Shown: positions 37,135 through 47,186, counted from the stretch's first letter. The stretch: 64,000 nucleotides of DNA from Clostridia bacterium (GCA_017507905.1 JAFWAA010000061.1:404-64403); one strand, 5' to 3'. Notes: generated by a model from the sequence alone, not told the origin. A program made the numbers and translations.

Positions 37135-39327
37135 ATGGCTAAAAAGCAGAACAAAGGCAAAAAGGAGCTTGTCTACGCTCCCATCGTCTACCAGCCCATT
37201 ACGGAGACCATCGAGAAGAACTACATGCCCTACGTCATGAGCGTTATCGTTTCGCGTGCGATCCCCGAGATCGACGGCCTCAAGCCCTCGCACCGAAAGC
37301 TGCTCTACACAATGTATAAGATGGGTCTTCTGACGGGTCCTCGGACGAAAAGTGCCAACATCGTGGGACAAACCATGAAGCTCAATCCCCACGGTGATGC
37401 CTCCATCTACGAGACCATGGTCCGCCTCACCCGCGGCAACGCCACCCTGCTCCACCCCCTGGTGGACTCCAAGGGCTCCTTTGGTAAGCAGTATTCCTCC
37501 GAGATGAAGTACGCCGCCTCCCGTTACACCGAATGTAAGCTGGATGCGATCTGTGCGGAGCTGTTTGCCGGCATCGACAAGAATGCCGTGGACATGATCG
37601 ACAACTACGACGCTACCATGAAGGAGCCCGTTCTCCTTCCCACCACCTTCCCCAACATTCTCGTCATGCCCAACATGGGTATCGCCGTTGGCATGGCCTC
37701 CAACATCTGCTCCTTCAATCTTGCCGAGATCTGCGACGGCACCATTGCGCTCCTGCGCAAGCCCAACCTCTCGGTGGACAAGATGATGGAGCTGGTCAAG
37801 GCTCCCGACTTCTCGGGCGGCGGCGTCCTGCTCTACGATGAGGAGCAGATCCGCCAGATCTACACCACGGGCCAGGGCTCGGTGCGCCTGCGCGGACGCT
37901 ACGTCTACGACAAGACGCACAACTGCATTGAGATCCTCCAGATCCCCTACTCCACCACCGTGGAGATCATCATGGCAAAGCTGGATACGATGTTCAAGGA
38001 GGGCAAGCTCAAGGAGGTCAGCGACTACCGCGACGAGACCGACCTGAGCGGTCTTAAGCTGACACTGGATCTGCGCCGCGGCGTTGATCCCGAAAAGCTG
38101 ATGGCCAAGCTCTTTAAGATGACCGCGCTTGAGGACAGCTTCAAGTGCAACTTCAACGTCCTCATCGACAGCGTGCCGCGCACCATGGGCATCATTGAGC
38201 TTCTCTCCGAGTGGATCAAGTTCCGTCTCGTCTGCCTGCGCCGCGAGATCGCCTTTGACCTCAAGAAAAAGAAGGACAAGCTCCACCTGCTCTTAGCGCT
38301 CGGCAAGATCCTGCTGGACATCGACAAGGCCATTCGCATCATTCGCCACACCGAAAAGGAATCCGACGTTGTGCCCAACCTGATGAAGGGATTTGGCATT
38401 GACGAGATCCAGGCAAACTATATCGCCGAGATCAAGCTGCGCAACCTCAACCGCGAGTATATCATCAACCGCATCTCCGAGATCGAGGATCTCCAGGCCG
38501 AGATCGCCGACATGGAGGAAACGCTCAAGGACGAGCTCAAGCAAAAGGCACTCATCATCAAGCAGCTGACCGAGATCAAAAAGAAATACGGCCAGCCCAG
38601 ACGCACCCAGATCGTTGCGGCCAACGCCGTGAAGGTCTACAAGGAGGAGGAGCATACCGAGGATTACCCCGCCCGCTTCGTGCTGACGCGTGAGGGCTAC
38701 TTCAAAAAGATCACCTTCCAATCCCTGCGCGGAAACGACGAGCAAAAGTGCAAGGAGGGTGACGAGATCCTGAGCCTCTTTGACGGCTCGAACACCGATA
38801 CGCTGGTCTTCGTGACCGACAAGCAGCAGATCTACAGAGCCAAGGCAGACGACTTTGACACCACCAAGGCAAGCGCGCTTGGCGAGTATCTCCCCGTAAA
38901 GCTCCATATGGATCCCGAGGAGAAGCCCGTGCTGATGACGGTGCAAAACAAGTTCCCCGCCAAGGAAAGCTTCGTCTTCCTCTTTGCCAACGGCAAGGGC
39001 GTGCGCATATCCGCCGCAAACTACGAGGCTCTGGCAGGACGCCGCAGACTGACCTCGGCCTACTCCAAGACCTCGCCCATCGTGGCCGCCTTCTACGAAA
39101 AGGCACCGATGGACATTCTACTGGTCTCCTCGGACAATCGCGCCATCATCATCAAGTCCTCGCTGATCCCGCAGATGGCCACCCGTACCTCGGGCGGTGT
39201 CACGCTGATGACGCTCAAGCCGGGACAGACCGTTGTGCGTGCTTCTCTGGACACGGAGAGCATTGCCGACGGCGGCAAGAGCCTCAAAAAGATCAAGATC
39301 CCCGCAACCGGCGTTCTCCTGCCCTGA
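37135..39327 (+). CDS. type IIA DNA topoisomerase subunit A (ParC/GyrA-like)
   Basis: 730 aa. YMPYVMSVIVSRAIPEIDGLKPSHRKLLY, HPHGDASIYETMVRL, and the catalytic Tyr context AASRYTECKL. Confidence 0.88.
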   Translation: MAKKQNKGKKELVYAPIVYQPITETIEKNYMPYVMSVIVSRAIPEIDGLKPSHRKLLYTMYKMGLLTGPRTKSANIVGQTMKLNPHGDASIYETMVRLTRGNATLLHPLVDSKGSFGKQYSSEMKYAASRYTECKLDAICAELFAGIDKNAVDMIDNYDATMKEPVLLPTTFPNILVMPNMGIAVGMASNICSFNLAEICDGTIALLRKPNLSVDKMMELVKAPDFSGGGVLLYDEEQIRQIYTTGQGSVRLRGRYVYDKTHNCIEILQIPYSTTVEIIMAKLDTMFKEGKLKEVSDYRDETDLSGLKLTLDLRRGVDPEKLMAKLFKMTALEDSFKCNFNVLIDSVPRTMGIIELLSEWIKFRLVCLRREIAFDLKKKKDKLHLLLALGKILLDIDKAIRIIRHTEKESDVVPNLMKGFGIDEIQANYIAEIKLRNLNREYIINRISEIEDLQAEIADMEETLKDELKQKALIIKQLTEIKKKYGQPRRTQIVAANAVKVYKEEEHTEDYPARFVLTREGYFKKITFQSLRGNDEQKCKEGDEILSLFDGSNTDTLVFVTDKQQIYRAKADDFDTTKASALGEYLPVKLHMDPEEKPVLMTVQNKFPAKESFVFLFANGKGVRISAANYEALAGRRRLTSAYSKTSPIVAAFYEKAPMDILLVSSDNRAIIIKSSLIPQMATRTSGGVTLMTLKPGQTVVRASLDTESIADGGKSLKKIKIPATGVLLP

Positions 39328-39340
39328 GCGGAGGAAAAAG

Positions 39341-39387
39341 AAAAAAAACAAACCGCCGCAGATGCATCGCATCTGCGGCGGTTTTTT
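39341..39387. terminator. bidirectional rho-independent terminator
   Basis: ccgccgcagatgc (39353-39365) pairs with gcatctgcggcgg (39369-39381), flanked by an A-run and a T-run. Confidence 0.85.
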
Positions 39388-39401
39388 CGTCTTGTGTAAA
39401 A

Positions 39402-41453
39402 TTAGTCTGCCTTATTCTCGGCGATCACCTTGGCGGTAATGTTGCCGGGAACAACGTCGTAGCCGGTCACCTTGAACTCGAAGGAGCCGCGGCCCTGCGT
39501 CATTGCGCGCAGCGTGGTGGGATAATCGGCGAGCTCGGCCTTCGGAGCGATCGCCTGGACGGTGGTATAGCCCTTCTTCTGTGCGGGCTCCATGCCCATT
39601 ACACTTCCGCGACGCTTGTTGAGGTCGCCCATAACGTCACCGACCAGTGCCTCGGGAACGGTGATGCTCAGGTCTCCCACAGGCTCAAGCAGCACGGGGG
39701 CAGCCAGCTCGAGGGCCTTCTTGTAGGCCAGGGATGCGGCCGTCTTGAAGGAAAGCTCATCCGAGTCAACGGCGTGATAAGAGCCGTCGTACAGATCTGC
39801 GGCCAGGCAGGTCATCGGGTATCCGTAGGCACCCTTGACCATGGAATCCTGCACGCCCTTCTCCACTGCGGGATAGAAGTTCTTCGGCACGGTTCCGCCA
39901 ACGACCGAGATGGTGAAGGTCAGGCCCTCCTCCTCGCCGGGAGCGAAGCGCATCTTGACGTGACCGTACTGACCGGAGCCGCCGTTCTGCTTCTTGTGCT
40001 TGCCTTCCACGTCAACTGACTTTGTGATCTTCTCGCGGTAAGCCATCTTGGGAACGTCAAAGCGAACGTTAAGCCCAAAGCGGCTCTTCAGTCTTGCAGC
40101 AAGGACAGACAGATGCATCTCGCCAAGGCCGTAGATCAGAAGCTGTCTGGTCTCGGCGTCATTCTCGAAGCGAATGGTGAAGTCCTCCTCGGTCATTCTG
40201 GCGATGGACTGCGAGATCTTGCCCTCGTCGCCCTTGGAGACGGGGATCATGACCTTGGTCAGATAAGGCGTGGGATATTCGATCTTGGAGTAAGAAAATT
40301 CCTTATTCCAGGTAAGGGTATCGTTGGTGTTGGTGTTGGAGAGCTTTGCGACCATACCGATGTCACCGCAGCACAGCTCGTCAACCTCGGTCTGCTTCTT
40401 GCCCTTCATCACGTAGATGTGTGCGAGCTTCTCGCTGTCACCCGAGGTATTGTTGCGCAGGAGCATATCCTTGCGCACGGTACCGTTCATGACCTTGAAG
40501 AAGGACATCTTGCCAACAAAGGGGTCGGCAACCGTCTTGAAGACGAAGAGTGCGGGCTCGCCTTCGGGCTGGATCTCCATATCGTCGCCGTTGTCGAGCG
40601 TCTCGCTCTTCTTGGCCGTGTGACGGGGGAAGGACTCGGCGATCTTGTCAAGCAGGGTCCAAACGCCCCAGAGCTTGCTGGCAGCGCCGCAGAATACGGG
40701 AACGATATCGCCGTGAATGATGCCCTCGTGAACGGCGTTGATCGCCTCCATGTGCGTGATCTCCTCGCCCTCGAAGTACTTCATCATCAGCTCCTCGTCG
40801 GTACTGGCAACGGCCTCCATGAGCATATCGCGGTACTTGGCAACCGCCTCCTTGGACTCCTCGGGAATGATCTCCACGCTGTGGCGTCCGTTCTTATCGA
40901 ACACGTGTGCGGACTCGTCGATCAGATCGATCGCGCCGACCACCTCGCCGTCCTTGACCATCGGAATGGTTAAGGGGCAGACGTGCTTACCGAAGGTGGT
41001 ATGCAATTCGTCCAGAACGCGGCCGAAGCGTGCCTCGTTGTCGTCAAACTTATTGATAAAGAATGCGCGGGGCAGTCCTGCATTCTCGGCTGCATCCCAA
41101 GCCAGCTCGGTTCCAACCTCAATGCCTGCCTTGCCGTCCACCAGGATCACGGCACTGTCCGCCACGCGGAGCGCCTGTGCGACCTCACCCGTGAAATCCA
41201 GATAACCGGGCGTGTCGATCACGTTGATCTTGATGTCCTTCCAGACCATCGGAGCCATTGCCGCGGAGATTGAGATCTTTCTCGCGTTCTCCTCGGGATC
41301 GTAGTCACAAACGGTATTGCCCGCCGTGACGTTTCCCAGACGGTCGGTCTCGCCGGTGATGTAGAGCATTGCCTCTGCCAGAGAGGTCTTTCCGGAGCCG
41401 CCGTGACCGAGCAACGCGATATTTCTGATGTTCTTGGTTTCAATCTTCGCCAT
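39402..41453 (-). CDS. elongation factor G paralogue (EF-G2-like translational GTPase)
   Basis: ATG at 41453. G1 GHGGSGKTS, G3 DTPGY, G4 NKFD, followed by EF-G domains II-V. Not located in an rpsL-rpsG-fusA-tuf context. Confidence 0.85.
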   Translation of the reverse strand: MAKIETKNIRNIALLGHGGSGKTSLAEAMLYITGETDRLGNVTAGNTVCDYDPEENARKISISAAMAPMVWKDIKINVIDTPGYLDFTGEVAQALRVADSAVILVDGKAGIEVGTELAWDAAENAGLPRAFFINKFDDNEARFGRVLDELHTTFGKHVCPLTIPMVKDGEVVGAIDLIDESAHVFDKNGRHSVEIIPEESKEAVAKYRDMLMEAVASTDEELMMKYFEGEEITHMEAINAVHEGIIHGDIVPVFCGAASKLWGVWTLLDKIAESFPRHTAKKSETLDNGDDMEIQPEGEPALFVFKTVADPFVGKMSFFKVMNGTVRKDMLLRNNTSGDSEKLAHIYVMKGKKQTEVDELCCGDIGMVAKLSNTNTNDTLTWNKEFSYSKIEYPTPYLTKVMIPVSKGDEGKISQSIARMTEEDFTIRFENDAETRQLLIYGLGEMHLSVLAARLKSRFGLNVRFDVPKMAYREKITKSVDVEGKHKKQNGGSGQYGHVKMRFAPGEEEGLTFTISVVGGTVPKNFYPAVEKGVQDSMVKGAYGYPMTCLAADLYDGSYHAVDSDELSFKTAASLAYKKALELAAPVLLEPVGDLSITVPEALVGDVMGDLNKRRGSVMGMEPAQKKGYTTVQAIAPKAELADYPTTLRAMTQGRGSFEFKVTGYDVVPGNITAKVIAENKAD

Positions 41454-41560
41454 GATAATAAACCTTTTGTAACCTTTCGTTTGATTTTCCGATCCGAAAA
41501 GGATCCCGTGGGCGGGAATTTCGCGGCCGATCAAGGTCTCGCACGGATCGCCTTTCTTCT

Positions 41561-41589
41561 ATTATACATGATTGAAAAAATTTTTTCAA
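41561..41589 (-). promoter_or_regulatory. sigma-A type promoter of the EF-G paralogue
   Basis: On the minus strand: TTGAAA (41589-41584), 17-bp spacer, TATAAT (41566-41561). Confidence 0.55.
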
Positions 41590-41658
41590 GCGATTTTGCA
41601 AACTTTATCACGATAGAACGTAGAAATCCGCGCCCGTTTTTTGGTTATCTTGCACAAA

Positions 41659-42477
41659 TCAATGCGCAAAAAAGAGGTTTTTGCCGTTTTGAGCGGTAAT
41701 GGCGGCGGCCTCCTCGGGGGTGCAGCCCCAAAGCTCGGCCAGCGCGGAAAGCGTGTGGATCAGCAGGCCGGAATGGTTGAGCCTTCCCCGCATCGGGTGG
41801 GGCGCAAGATAGGGAGCGTCGGTCTCCACGAGCAGGCGGTCACGCGGAACGGCAAGCGCCGCCTCGCGCACGCGGGTTGCATTCTTGAAGGTCAGCGTGC
41901 CCGAAAAGGAGATATACCAACCCCGACGCGTCAGCTCGCGTGCCATCTCCGCGCTTCCGCTGTAGCTGTGAAAGACGCCGCGGATGCCCGGATGGCGCAG
42001 GACGGTCTCAAAGCAGTCACCGTGCGCCTCGCGATCGTGAATGATCACGGGAAGCCCCAGCTCCTCGGCAAGGCGCATCTGCGCCTCAAAGAAGTAGGCC
42101 TCCTTCTCGCGGTCAAGCGCGATCTCGCCGTAATTTTCGTAGTGATAATCCAAGCCGATCTCTCCAAGGGCAAGGATCTTATCCCGCTCTCGGGAGGCGG
42201 CGTCCCCAAGCATACCCCGAAGCTCGTCTAAGGCCTTGTCGGGATCGGCGATCCAATGGGAGTCCTCGGGATGAATGCCGACGGCGGCGTACATTCCCTC
42301 ATGCTTTGCCGCCTGCTCGATGCAGAGGCGCGAGGTCTCGGGATTGGTGCCGACGTTGAGAATGAGAGACACGGGCGCGGGCAGGATCGCCGAAAGGATC
42401 GCCTCCGCTCCCCCCTCGGCCTCCCGATCGAAGCGACGGTCAAAATAATGGGCGTGGGTATCAAAAATTCCGTTCAT
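41659..42477 (-). CDS. tatD: TatD family metal-dependent hydrolase
   Basis: ATG at 42477 follows AGGAGA. MNGIFDTHAHY..., ALGEIGLDYH, VIIHDREAH, ETDAPYL. Confidence 0.9.
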   Translation of the reverse strand: MNGIFDTHAHYFDRRFDREAEGGAEAILSAILPAPVSLILNVGTNPETSRLCIEQAAKHEGMYAAVGIHPEDSHWIADPDKALDELRGMLGDAASRERDKILALGEIGLDYHYENYGEIALDREKEAYFFEAQMRLAEELGLPVIIHDREAHGDCFETVLRHPGIRGVFHSYSGSAEMARELTRRGWYISFSGTLTFKNATRVREAALAVPRDRLLVETDAPYLAPHPMRGRLNHSGLLIHTLSALAELWGCTPEEAAAITAQNGKNLFFAH

Positions 42478-42490
42478 ATGCATTTCTCCT

Positions 42491-42539
42491 GAAATAAAGG
42501 GAGCGCTCCGCAGGATCTTTTCCCGAAAAGCGCTCCCTT
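42491..42539 (-). terminator. probable terminator after metG
   Basis: aagggagcgct (42497-42507) pairs with agcgctccctt (42529-42539). A T-rich tail follows on the minus strand. Confidence 0.55.
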
Positions 42540-42580
42540 GAATGAGCGAATGTAAGGTCTGCGCGTTTATCCGAGAGGCC

Positions 42581-44542
42581 TTAGCGCACTCTCTCACCCA
42601 GAGGCGTATCCTCCGCGAGGAAGACCACGCGCACGGTCTCCTCACCCGAAGCAAGGATCATACCGTTGGACTCGATGCCGCACAGCGTGGCAGGCTTGAG
42701 GTTTGCCACCACGATGATCGTTTTGCCGATCAGGTCCTCGGGAGCATACCACTTGGCAATTCCCGAGACCACCTGTCTCTGCTCATAGCCCAGATCGATC
42801 TGCAGCTTGAGCAGCTTCTTGGCCTTGGGAACCTTCTCGCAAGACAGGATCTTTGCCGTGCGAAGCTCAACGTTCATAAAGTCCTCAATGCCGATCAAGG
42901 CACAGCCCTCGGGCTTCTCCACGGGGGCGTTGGCCTTTGCCTCGGCCTCGGCAGCTGCGATCAGAGCCTTTCTCTCCTCCTCAAACTCGGCCAGCTTCTT
43001 CTCCTCGTCAATGCGGGCAAAGAGCACCTTGGAATCGCAGACCTCACGTCCTGCCTCCATGCCGTCAAAGGTGGCAAGAGAAGCAAAATCGCGGCGGTCG
43101 GTGTTCAGCTCGTCCAGGATCTCCTTGGCGGTTGCGGGAATGAAGGGCGTCAGCATGACGGCACCCTGACGGATCGCCTCCATCAAATTGTAGAGGACCG
43201 TGCCAAGGCGTTCGCGGTTGGCCTCGTCCTTTGCCAGAGTCCAGGGAGTGGTCTCGTCGATATACTTATTGGCACGGCTCAGCATCTCAAAGACGCCCTC
43301 CAGCGCGTCGGCCACGCGGTAGTCGTCCATGCAGGCAACGAGCGTGTCAAACGCCTTCCTGCAGGCAGCCTTCAGCTCGGCGTCGGTTCCCTCCTCCGCG
43401 GCGGGTGCGGGAACGATCTTGCCAAAGTACTTCTTTTCCATATCCAGCGTTCTCTTGACCAGGTTACCAAGATTGTTGACAAGGTCTGTGTTGAAGCGCT
43501 TGATGACGTTTTCGTAGGTAATGGAGCCGTCGTTTGCATAGGGCATCTCGGAGAGGGCGTAGTAGCGCACGCCGTCCACGCCAAAATGCTCTGCCAGCTT
43601 GTCGGCGTAGATCACGTTGCCGCGCGACTTGGACATCTTATCCATGCCAAAGTTGAACCACGGATGCGCGAACACCTTCTTGGGCAGGGGCAGATCCAGG
43701 GCCATGAGGAAGATGGGCCAGTAGATGGTGTGGAAGCGAATGATGTCCTTGCCGATGATGTGCACGTCGGCAGGCCAGTACTTCTTGAACTTCTCGCTCT
43801 GCTCCTCAAAGCTCTTGTCGGGATCGTAGCCGATGGCGGTGATATAGTTGGTCAGCGCGTCAAGCCAGACGTAGGTGACGTGCTTGGGATCGATCTCCAC
43901 GGGAATGCCCCAGGTAAAGGAGGTACGGGATACGCAAAGATCCTGCAGTCCTGCCTTGAGGAAGTTGTTGACGATCTCCTTCTTGCGGCTCTCGGGCTCG
44001 ATGAAGCCGGGATGCGCGTCGATATACTCCATCAGTCGGTCGGCGTATTTCTTCATGTTGAAGAAGTAGGCCTCCTCGCTTGCACGCTGGACCTCGCGTC
44101 CGCAATCGGGGCACTTGCCCTCGGCCGCCTGCGTGTCGGTGAAAAAGGACTCGCAGGGCACGCAGTACCAGCCCTCGTAGCGGCTCTTATAAATATCCCC
44201 CTGATTGTAGAAGCGGGTAAACATCTTCTTCACGGCAGCCTCGTGATAATCGTCGGTGGTGCGGATGAAGTGATCGTAATCCACGTTCATGCCGTCCCAG
44301 AGCTTGCGGATCTCCCCCGCAACGCCGTCCACGTAGGCCTTCGGCGTAACGCCCGTCTCCTTGGCCAGATCCTCGATCTTCTGTCCGTGCTCGTCCGTGC
44401 CGGTGCAGAAAAAGACGTCGTAGCCGCGTGCCTTGCGGTAGCGCGCAACGGCATCGGTCATGATCGCCTCGTAGGTGTTGCCGAAGTGCGGCTTCTTGGA
44501 CGCGTAGGCGATGGCCGTTGTCAAATAAAACTTCTCACTCAT
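42581..44542 (-). CDS. metG: methionine--tRNA ligase (with C-terminal tRNA-binding domain)
   Basis: ATG at 44542 follows GGAGG. A HIGH-type region (...PHFGNTYEAI), KMSKS and a zinc knuckle (CVPCESF...CPDCG). Confidence 0.95.
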   Translation of the reverse strand: MSEKFYLTTAIAYASKKPHFGNTYEAIMTDAVARYRKARGYDVFFCTGTDEHGQKIEDLAKETGVTPKAYVDGVAGEIRKLWDGMNVDYDHFIRTTDDYHEAAVKKMFTRFYNQGDIYKSRYEGWYCVPCESFFTDTQAAEGKCPDCGREVQRASEEAYFFNMKKYADRLMEYIDAHPGFIEPESRKKEIVNNFLKAGLQDLCVSRTSFTWGIPVEIDPKHVTYVWLDALTNYITAIGYDPDKSFEEQSEKFKKYWPADVHIIGKDIIRFHTIYWPIFLMALDLPLPKKVFAHPWFNFGMDKMSKSRGNVIYADKLAEHFGVDGVRYYALSEMPYANDGSITYENVIKRFNTDLVNNLGNLVKRTLDMEKKYFGKIVPAPAAEEGTDAELKAACRKAFDTLVACMDDYRVADALEGVFEMLSRANKYIDETTPWTLAKDEANRERLGTVLYNLMEAIRQGAVMLTPFIPATAKEILDELNTDRRDFASLATFDGMEAGREVCDSKVLFARIDEEKKLAEFEEERKALIAAAEAEAKANAPVEKPEGCALIGIEDFMNVELRTAKILSCEKVPKAKKLLKLQIDLGYEQRQVVSGIAKWYAPEDLIGKTIIVVANLKPATLCGIESNGMILASGEETVRVVFLAEDTPLGERVR

Positions 44543-44651
44543 GTTGCTCATCCTCCAATCGAACCGCGGCACGGTCAAGCCCTGACCGCGGCATATGAAG
44601 GCGCACGTGCGGACGGCAAAGCGTCGCCGCGCTTCCTTCTGATCTTTCTTT

Positions 44652-44680
44652 ATTATAACAAATCCTTTTGGAATTTACAA
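44652..44680 (-). promoter_or_regulatory. sigma-A type promoter of metG
   Basis: On the minus strand: TTGTAA (44680-44675), 17-bp spacer, TATAAT (44657-44652). Confidence 0.5.
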
Positions 44681-44794
44681 TAGATTTTTGAATTTTTTTC
44701 CCTTTTTCGGCACACAATGAGGATGTTACGCGCAAAAGCAGCGAAAAAAAGCAAAAACGAACGGGGATCGCCCCCGCGAAGGGAGGAATACGGA

Positions 44795-45220
44795 ATGGAA
44801 GGACGCCGCACGCCGGAGGAGCATATCCAGCATCTGGCCGAGCTTCCCCTGCTCTTGCTGACGGGAGGAGTGGGCTACTACGCCCTGGAGCTGCTCTGGC
44901 GGGGGCGCTCACACTGGAGCATGGCCGTTTGCGGCGCGGTCTGCTTTCTCTTTATCTACCGCCTCAACCAGACCTATCCGCACGCGCGCCTCTGGGTGTG
45001 CGCGCTGCAATCCGCCCTTTTCATCACCGCCGTGGAGCTTGCGGCAGGGTGCCTGCTCAACCTTTGGCTGGGGCTTGGCATCTGGGATTACAGCAGCCTG
45101 CCCTGCCAGTTTCTCGGGCAGATCTGCCTTCCCTACACCGCGCTTTGGTTTGCGCTCAGTCTTCCGCTCTGCCTCCTTTGCCGTCTGATGGGACGGCTGA
45201 TCTTCCTTGAGAAGGACTGA
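44795..45220 (+). CDS. small polytopic membrane protein, CmpB-like ('putative ABC-transporter type IV' family)
   Basis: ATG at 44795 follows GGGAGG. Four TM helices and a GIWDYSSLP motif. Confidence 0.6.
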   Translation: MEGRRTPEEHIQHLAELPLLLLTGGVGYYALELLWRGRSHWSMAVCGAVCFLFIYRLNQTYPHARLWVCALQSALFITAVELAAGCLLNLWLGLGIWDYSSLPCQFLGQICLPYTALWFALSLPLCLLCRLMGRLIFLEKD

Positions 45221-45284
45221 TCCGCGCCCCTCCGTCTCCGCGCGCGCGGAGGAGCTTTGGCAGAGAGCTGAGGGAAATCGCCGC

Positions 45285-45836
45285 ATGACCGCGCACCGCT
45301 TTTTTCTGGGATACCTGCACAGCCTGGTCACCGAGGCGCCGCTCTACGTGCAGGTCAACCGCTTTTTGCGCTACGTCCGCCGCTTCCGCACGGTCACCCT
45401 CGTCCTTCGCCTGATCGGGATCGCCGCCGCCATTTTGCAAACGGGAACGCTCGTGCTTCTCGGCACCGCGCTCTTTCTGGTGCTTCTCCCCTTGGGAGGC
45501 GCGTTTCTGCTCGGCCTGCTCCTGACGGCGCTTCTCGAATCCCGACGCTCCAACCGCTATTTGGAGAAATGCCTTGCCGGTCGGCGCGTGACCGTTCTGT
45601 TCCTCTCTTCCGAGAAAAGCCCGTTCTTTTGTGCCAACCTCCGCGATCTCAAGGCGCGAGGACAGGCCGTGATCGCCGTGTCCCCCTTCCTCATCTCCTC
45701 CGAGGGACTTCGCAAGGGACGCTTCTACTGCACCCTGCGTGAGGAGGAAAAGGACGTCTTTCTGGTCCGCAAATACTATTTCTTCAGCCTGCGCAAGCAC
45801 GTGCTCTCCAAGACGAGGCTCACCCTGCTCTACTGA
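45285..45836 (+). CDS. hypothetical membrane protein
   Basis: ATG at 45285 follows GAGGGAAA. Two central TM helices and a basic C-terminal region. No family recognised. Confidence 0.5.
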   Translation: MTAHRFFLGYLHSLVTEAPLYVQVNRFLRYVRRFRTVTLVLRLIGIAAAILQTGTLVLLGTALFLVLLPLGGAFLLGLLLTALLESRRSNRYLEKCLAGRRVTVLFLSSEKSPFFCANLRDLKARGQAVIAVSPFLISSEGLRKGRFYCTLREEEKDVFLVRKYYFFSLRKHVLSKTRLTLLY

Positions 45837-45915
45837 AAAAAAGGGACAACCTCTGCCGCATCGGCATCACCTAGGTAAGACTTAACTCCATCGAATAAGC
45901 GCAGATCCGCACAGA

Positions 45916-45956
45916 GAAAAAGCCCGACCGAGCAATTGACACTCGGTCGGGTTTTC
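45916..45956. terminator. bidirectional rho-independent terminator
   Basis: cccgaccgag (45923-45932) pairs with ctcggtcggg (45942-45951). An A-run precedes it and TTTT follows. Confidence 0.8.
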
Positions 45957-45968
45957 GTTATGCGTATG

Positions 45969-47186
45969 TCAGTCCAGAACGGGCAGGCAGAAGACCGCCT
46001 CAAGCCCGGTCGCAGAAAGTGCCTCTCTTGCTTCTCCGCCCGACATGGGACGGCTCACCACGAAGAATGCGCCCTCGCGAATAAACGCGCAGATCTCTCC
46101 GCCCAGAGCGGCCTTGGCCTTCTCTGCGCAACGGGGGCAGCCCTCGATGAGGTAGCAGCGGCGGCAGACGAGCGCGTCTGCATCGGCCACGTCCTCCGCC
46201 TTGGCGCGGCGCCAAACGGGAGCAAGACGCTCGCTCTCCTTGTGCGAGAGAATGTCGAGAATATCGGCAACCACCGCGCTTGCGGTGGGCAGCTTGCCCG
46301 CACCCGCTCCGTAGAAGAGCGCGCGGCCAAGCATATTGGCGTCCACCAGAATGCCGTTAAAGACGCCGTCCACGTGGCAAACGGGATTGCCTGCGGGGAT
46401 CAGGAAGGGCGAGACCATGGCCAGCACCCGACCGTCTACGCGCTCGGTATGCCCGATCAGCTTGATCGCGCCGCCAAGCTTGTCCGCAACGGCGGTATGG
46501 TCGGCGGTGATGCCCGTGATTCCCGTGGTGGAAATGCTCTTGGGATCCAGAAGAACGCCGTAGGCCAGCGCCGCCAGGATCACGATCTTGCGTGCCGCGT
46601 CGATGCCCTCCACGTCGGCGGTGGGATCGGCCTCGGCGTATCCGCGCGCCTGCGCCTCCTTGAGCACGGTGGCAAAGTCCGCGCCCTCGTTCTTCATCTT
46701 GGTCAGGATAAAATTGGTCGTGCCGTTGAGAATGCCGCTGATGCCGAGGATCTCGTTGGACGCCAGATCGGTCTGCAGAGGACGAATGATCGGAATACCG
46801 CCGCCCACGCTGGCCTCAAAATAGTAGGACACGTGATGCTCGCGTGCGATCTCCAGAAGCTCGTCGCCAAAGGTGGAGACGACCTCCTTGTTGGAGGTGA
46901 CCACGCTCTTGCCTGCGCGCAGAGCCGCCACGGTAAACTCGTAGGCGGGGTGCGAGCCGCCCATCATCTCGGCCACGAGGACCACCTCGGGATCCGCAAG
47001 GATCACGTTGATGTCGTGCACCACGCGGTCTCCCAGCGGATGGTCAGGGAAATCGCGCAGATCAAGAATATATTTGACGTTCACTTCCTCGCCGCAATGC
47101 TTGGCGATGCGCGCGCGGTTTTCCTGCAGGACCTCTGCCGTGCCGCTGCCAACGACGCCAAAGCCCAAAATTGCAATCTGAAGCAT
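45969..47186 (-). CDS. hom: homoserine dehydrogenase (with C-terminal ACT domain)
   Basis: MLQIAILGFGVVGSGTAEVL Rossmann fold, and GILNGTTNFILTKM. Confidence 0.92.
   Translation of the reverse strand: MLQIAILGFGVVGSGTAEVLQENRARIAKHCGEEVNVKYILDLRDFPDHPLGDRVVHDINVILADPEVVLVAEMMGGSHPAYEFTVAALRAGKSVVTSNKEVVSTFGDELLEIAREHHVSYYFEASVGGGIPIIRPLQTDLASNEILGISGILNGTTNFILTKMKNEGADFATVLKEAQARGYAEADPTADVEGIDAARKIVILAALAYGVLLDPKSISTTGITGITADHTAVADKLGGAIKLIGHTERVDGRVLAMVSPFLIPAGNPVCHVDGVFNGILVDANMLGRALFYGAGAGKLPTASAVVADILDILSHKESERLAPVWRRAKAEDVADADALVCRRCYLIEGCPRCAEKAKAALGGEICAFIREGAFFVVSRPMSGGEAREALSATGLEAVFCLPVLD

Noticed and set aside
39402-41453. EF-G paralogue as a Tet(M)/Tet(O)-type ribosomal protection (resistance) gene.
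   Set aside because: The N-terminus and G1 motif (GHGGSGKTS) differ from the AHVDAGKTT of Tet(M)/Tet(O). There is no mobile-element context. Phylogeny would be needed to settle this, so no resistance call is made.
44543-44651. Possible T-box or other riboswitch in the ~110-nt metG leader.
   Set aside because: It has local hairpins built on two CCGCGG sites. It has no GGUGGUACC T-box core, no AGAGA/GGUGNGA Stem I elements and no terminator with a U-run.
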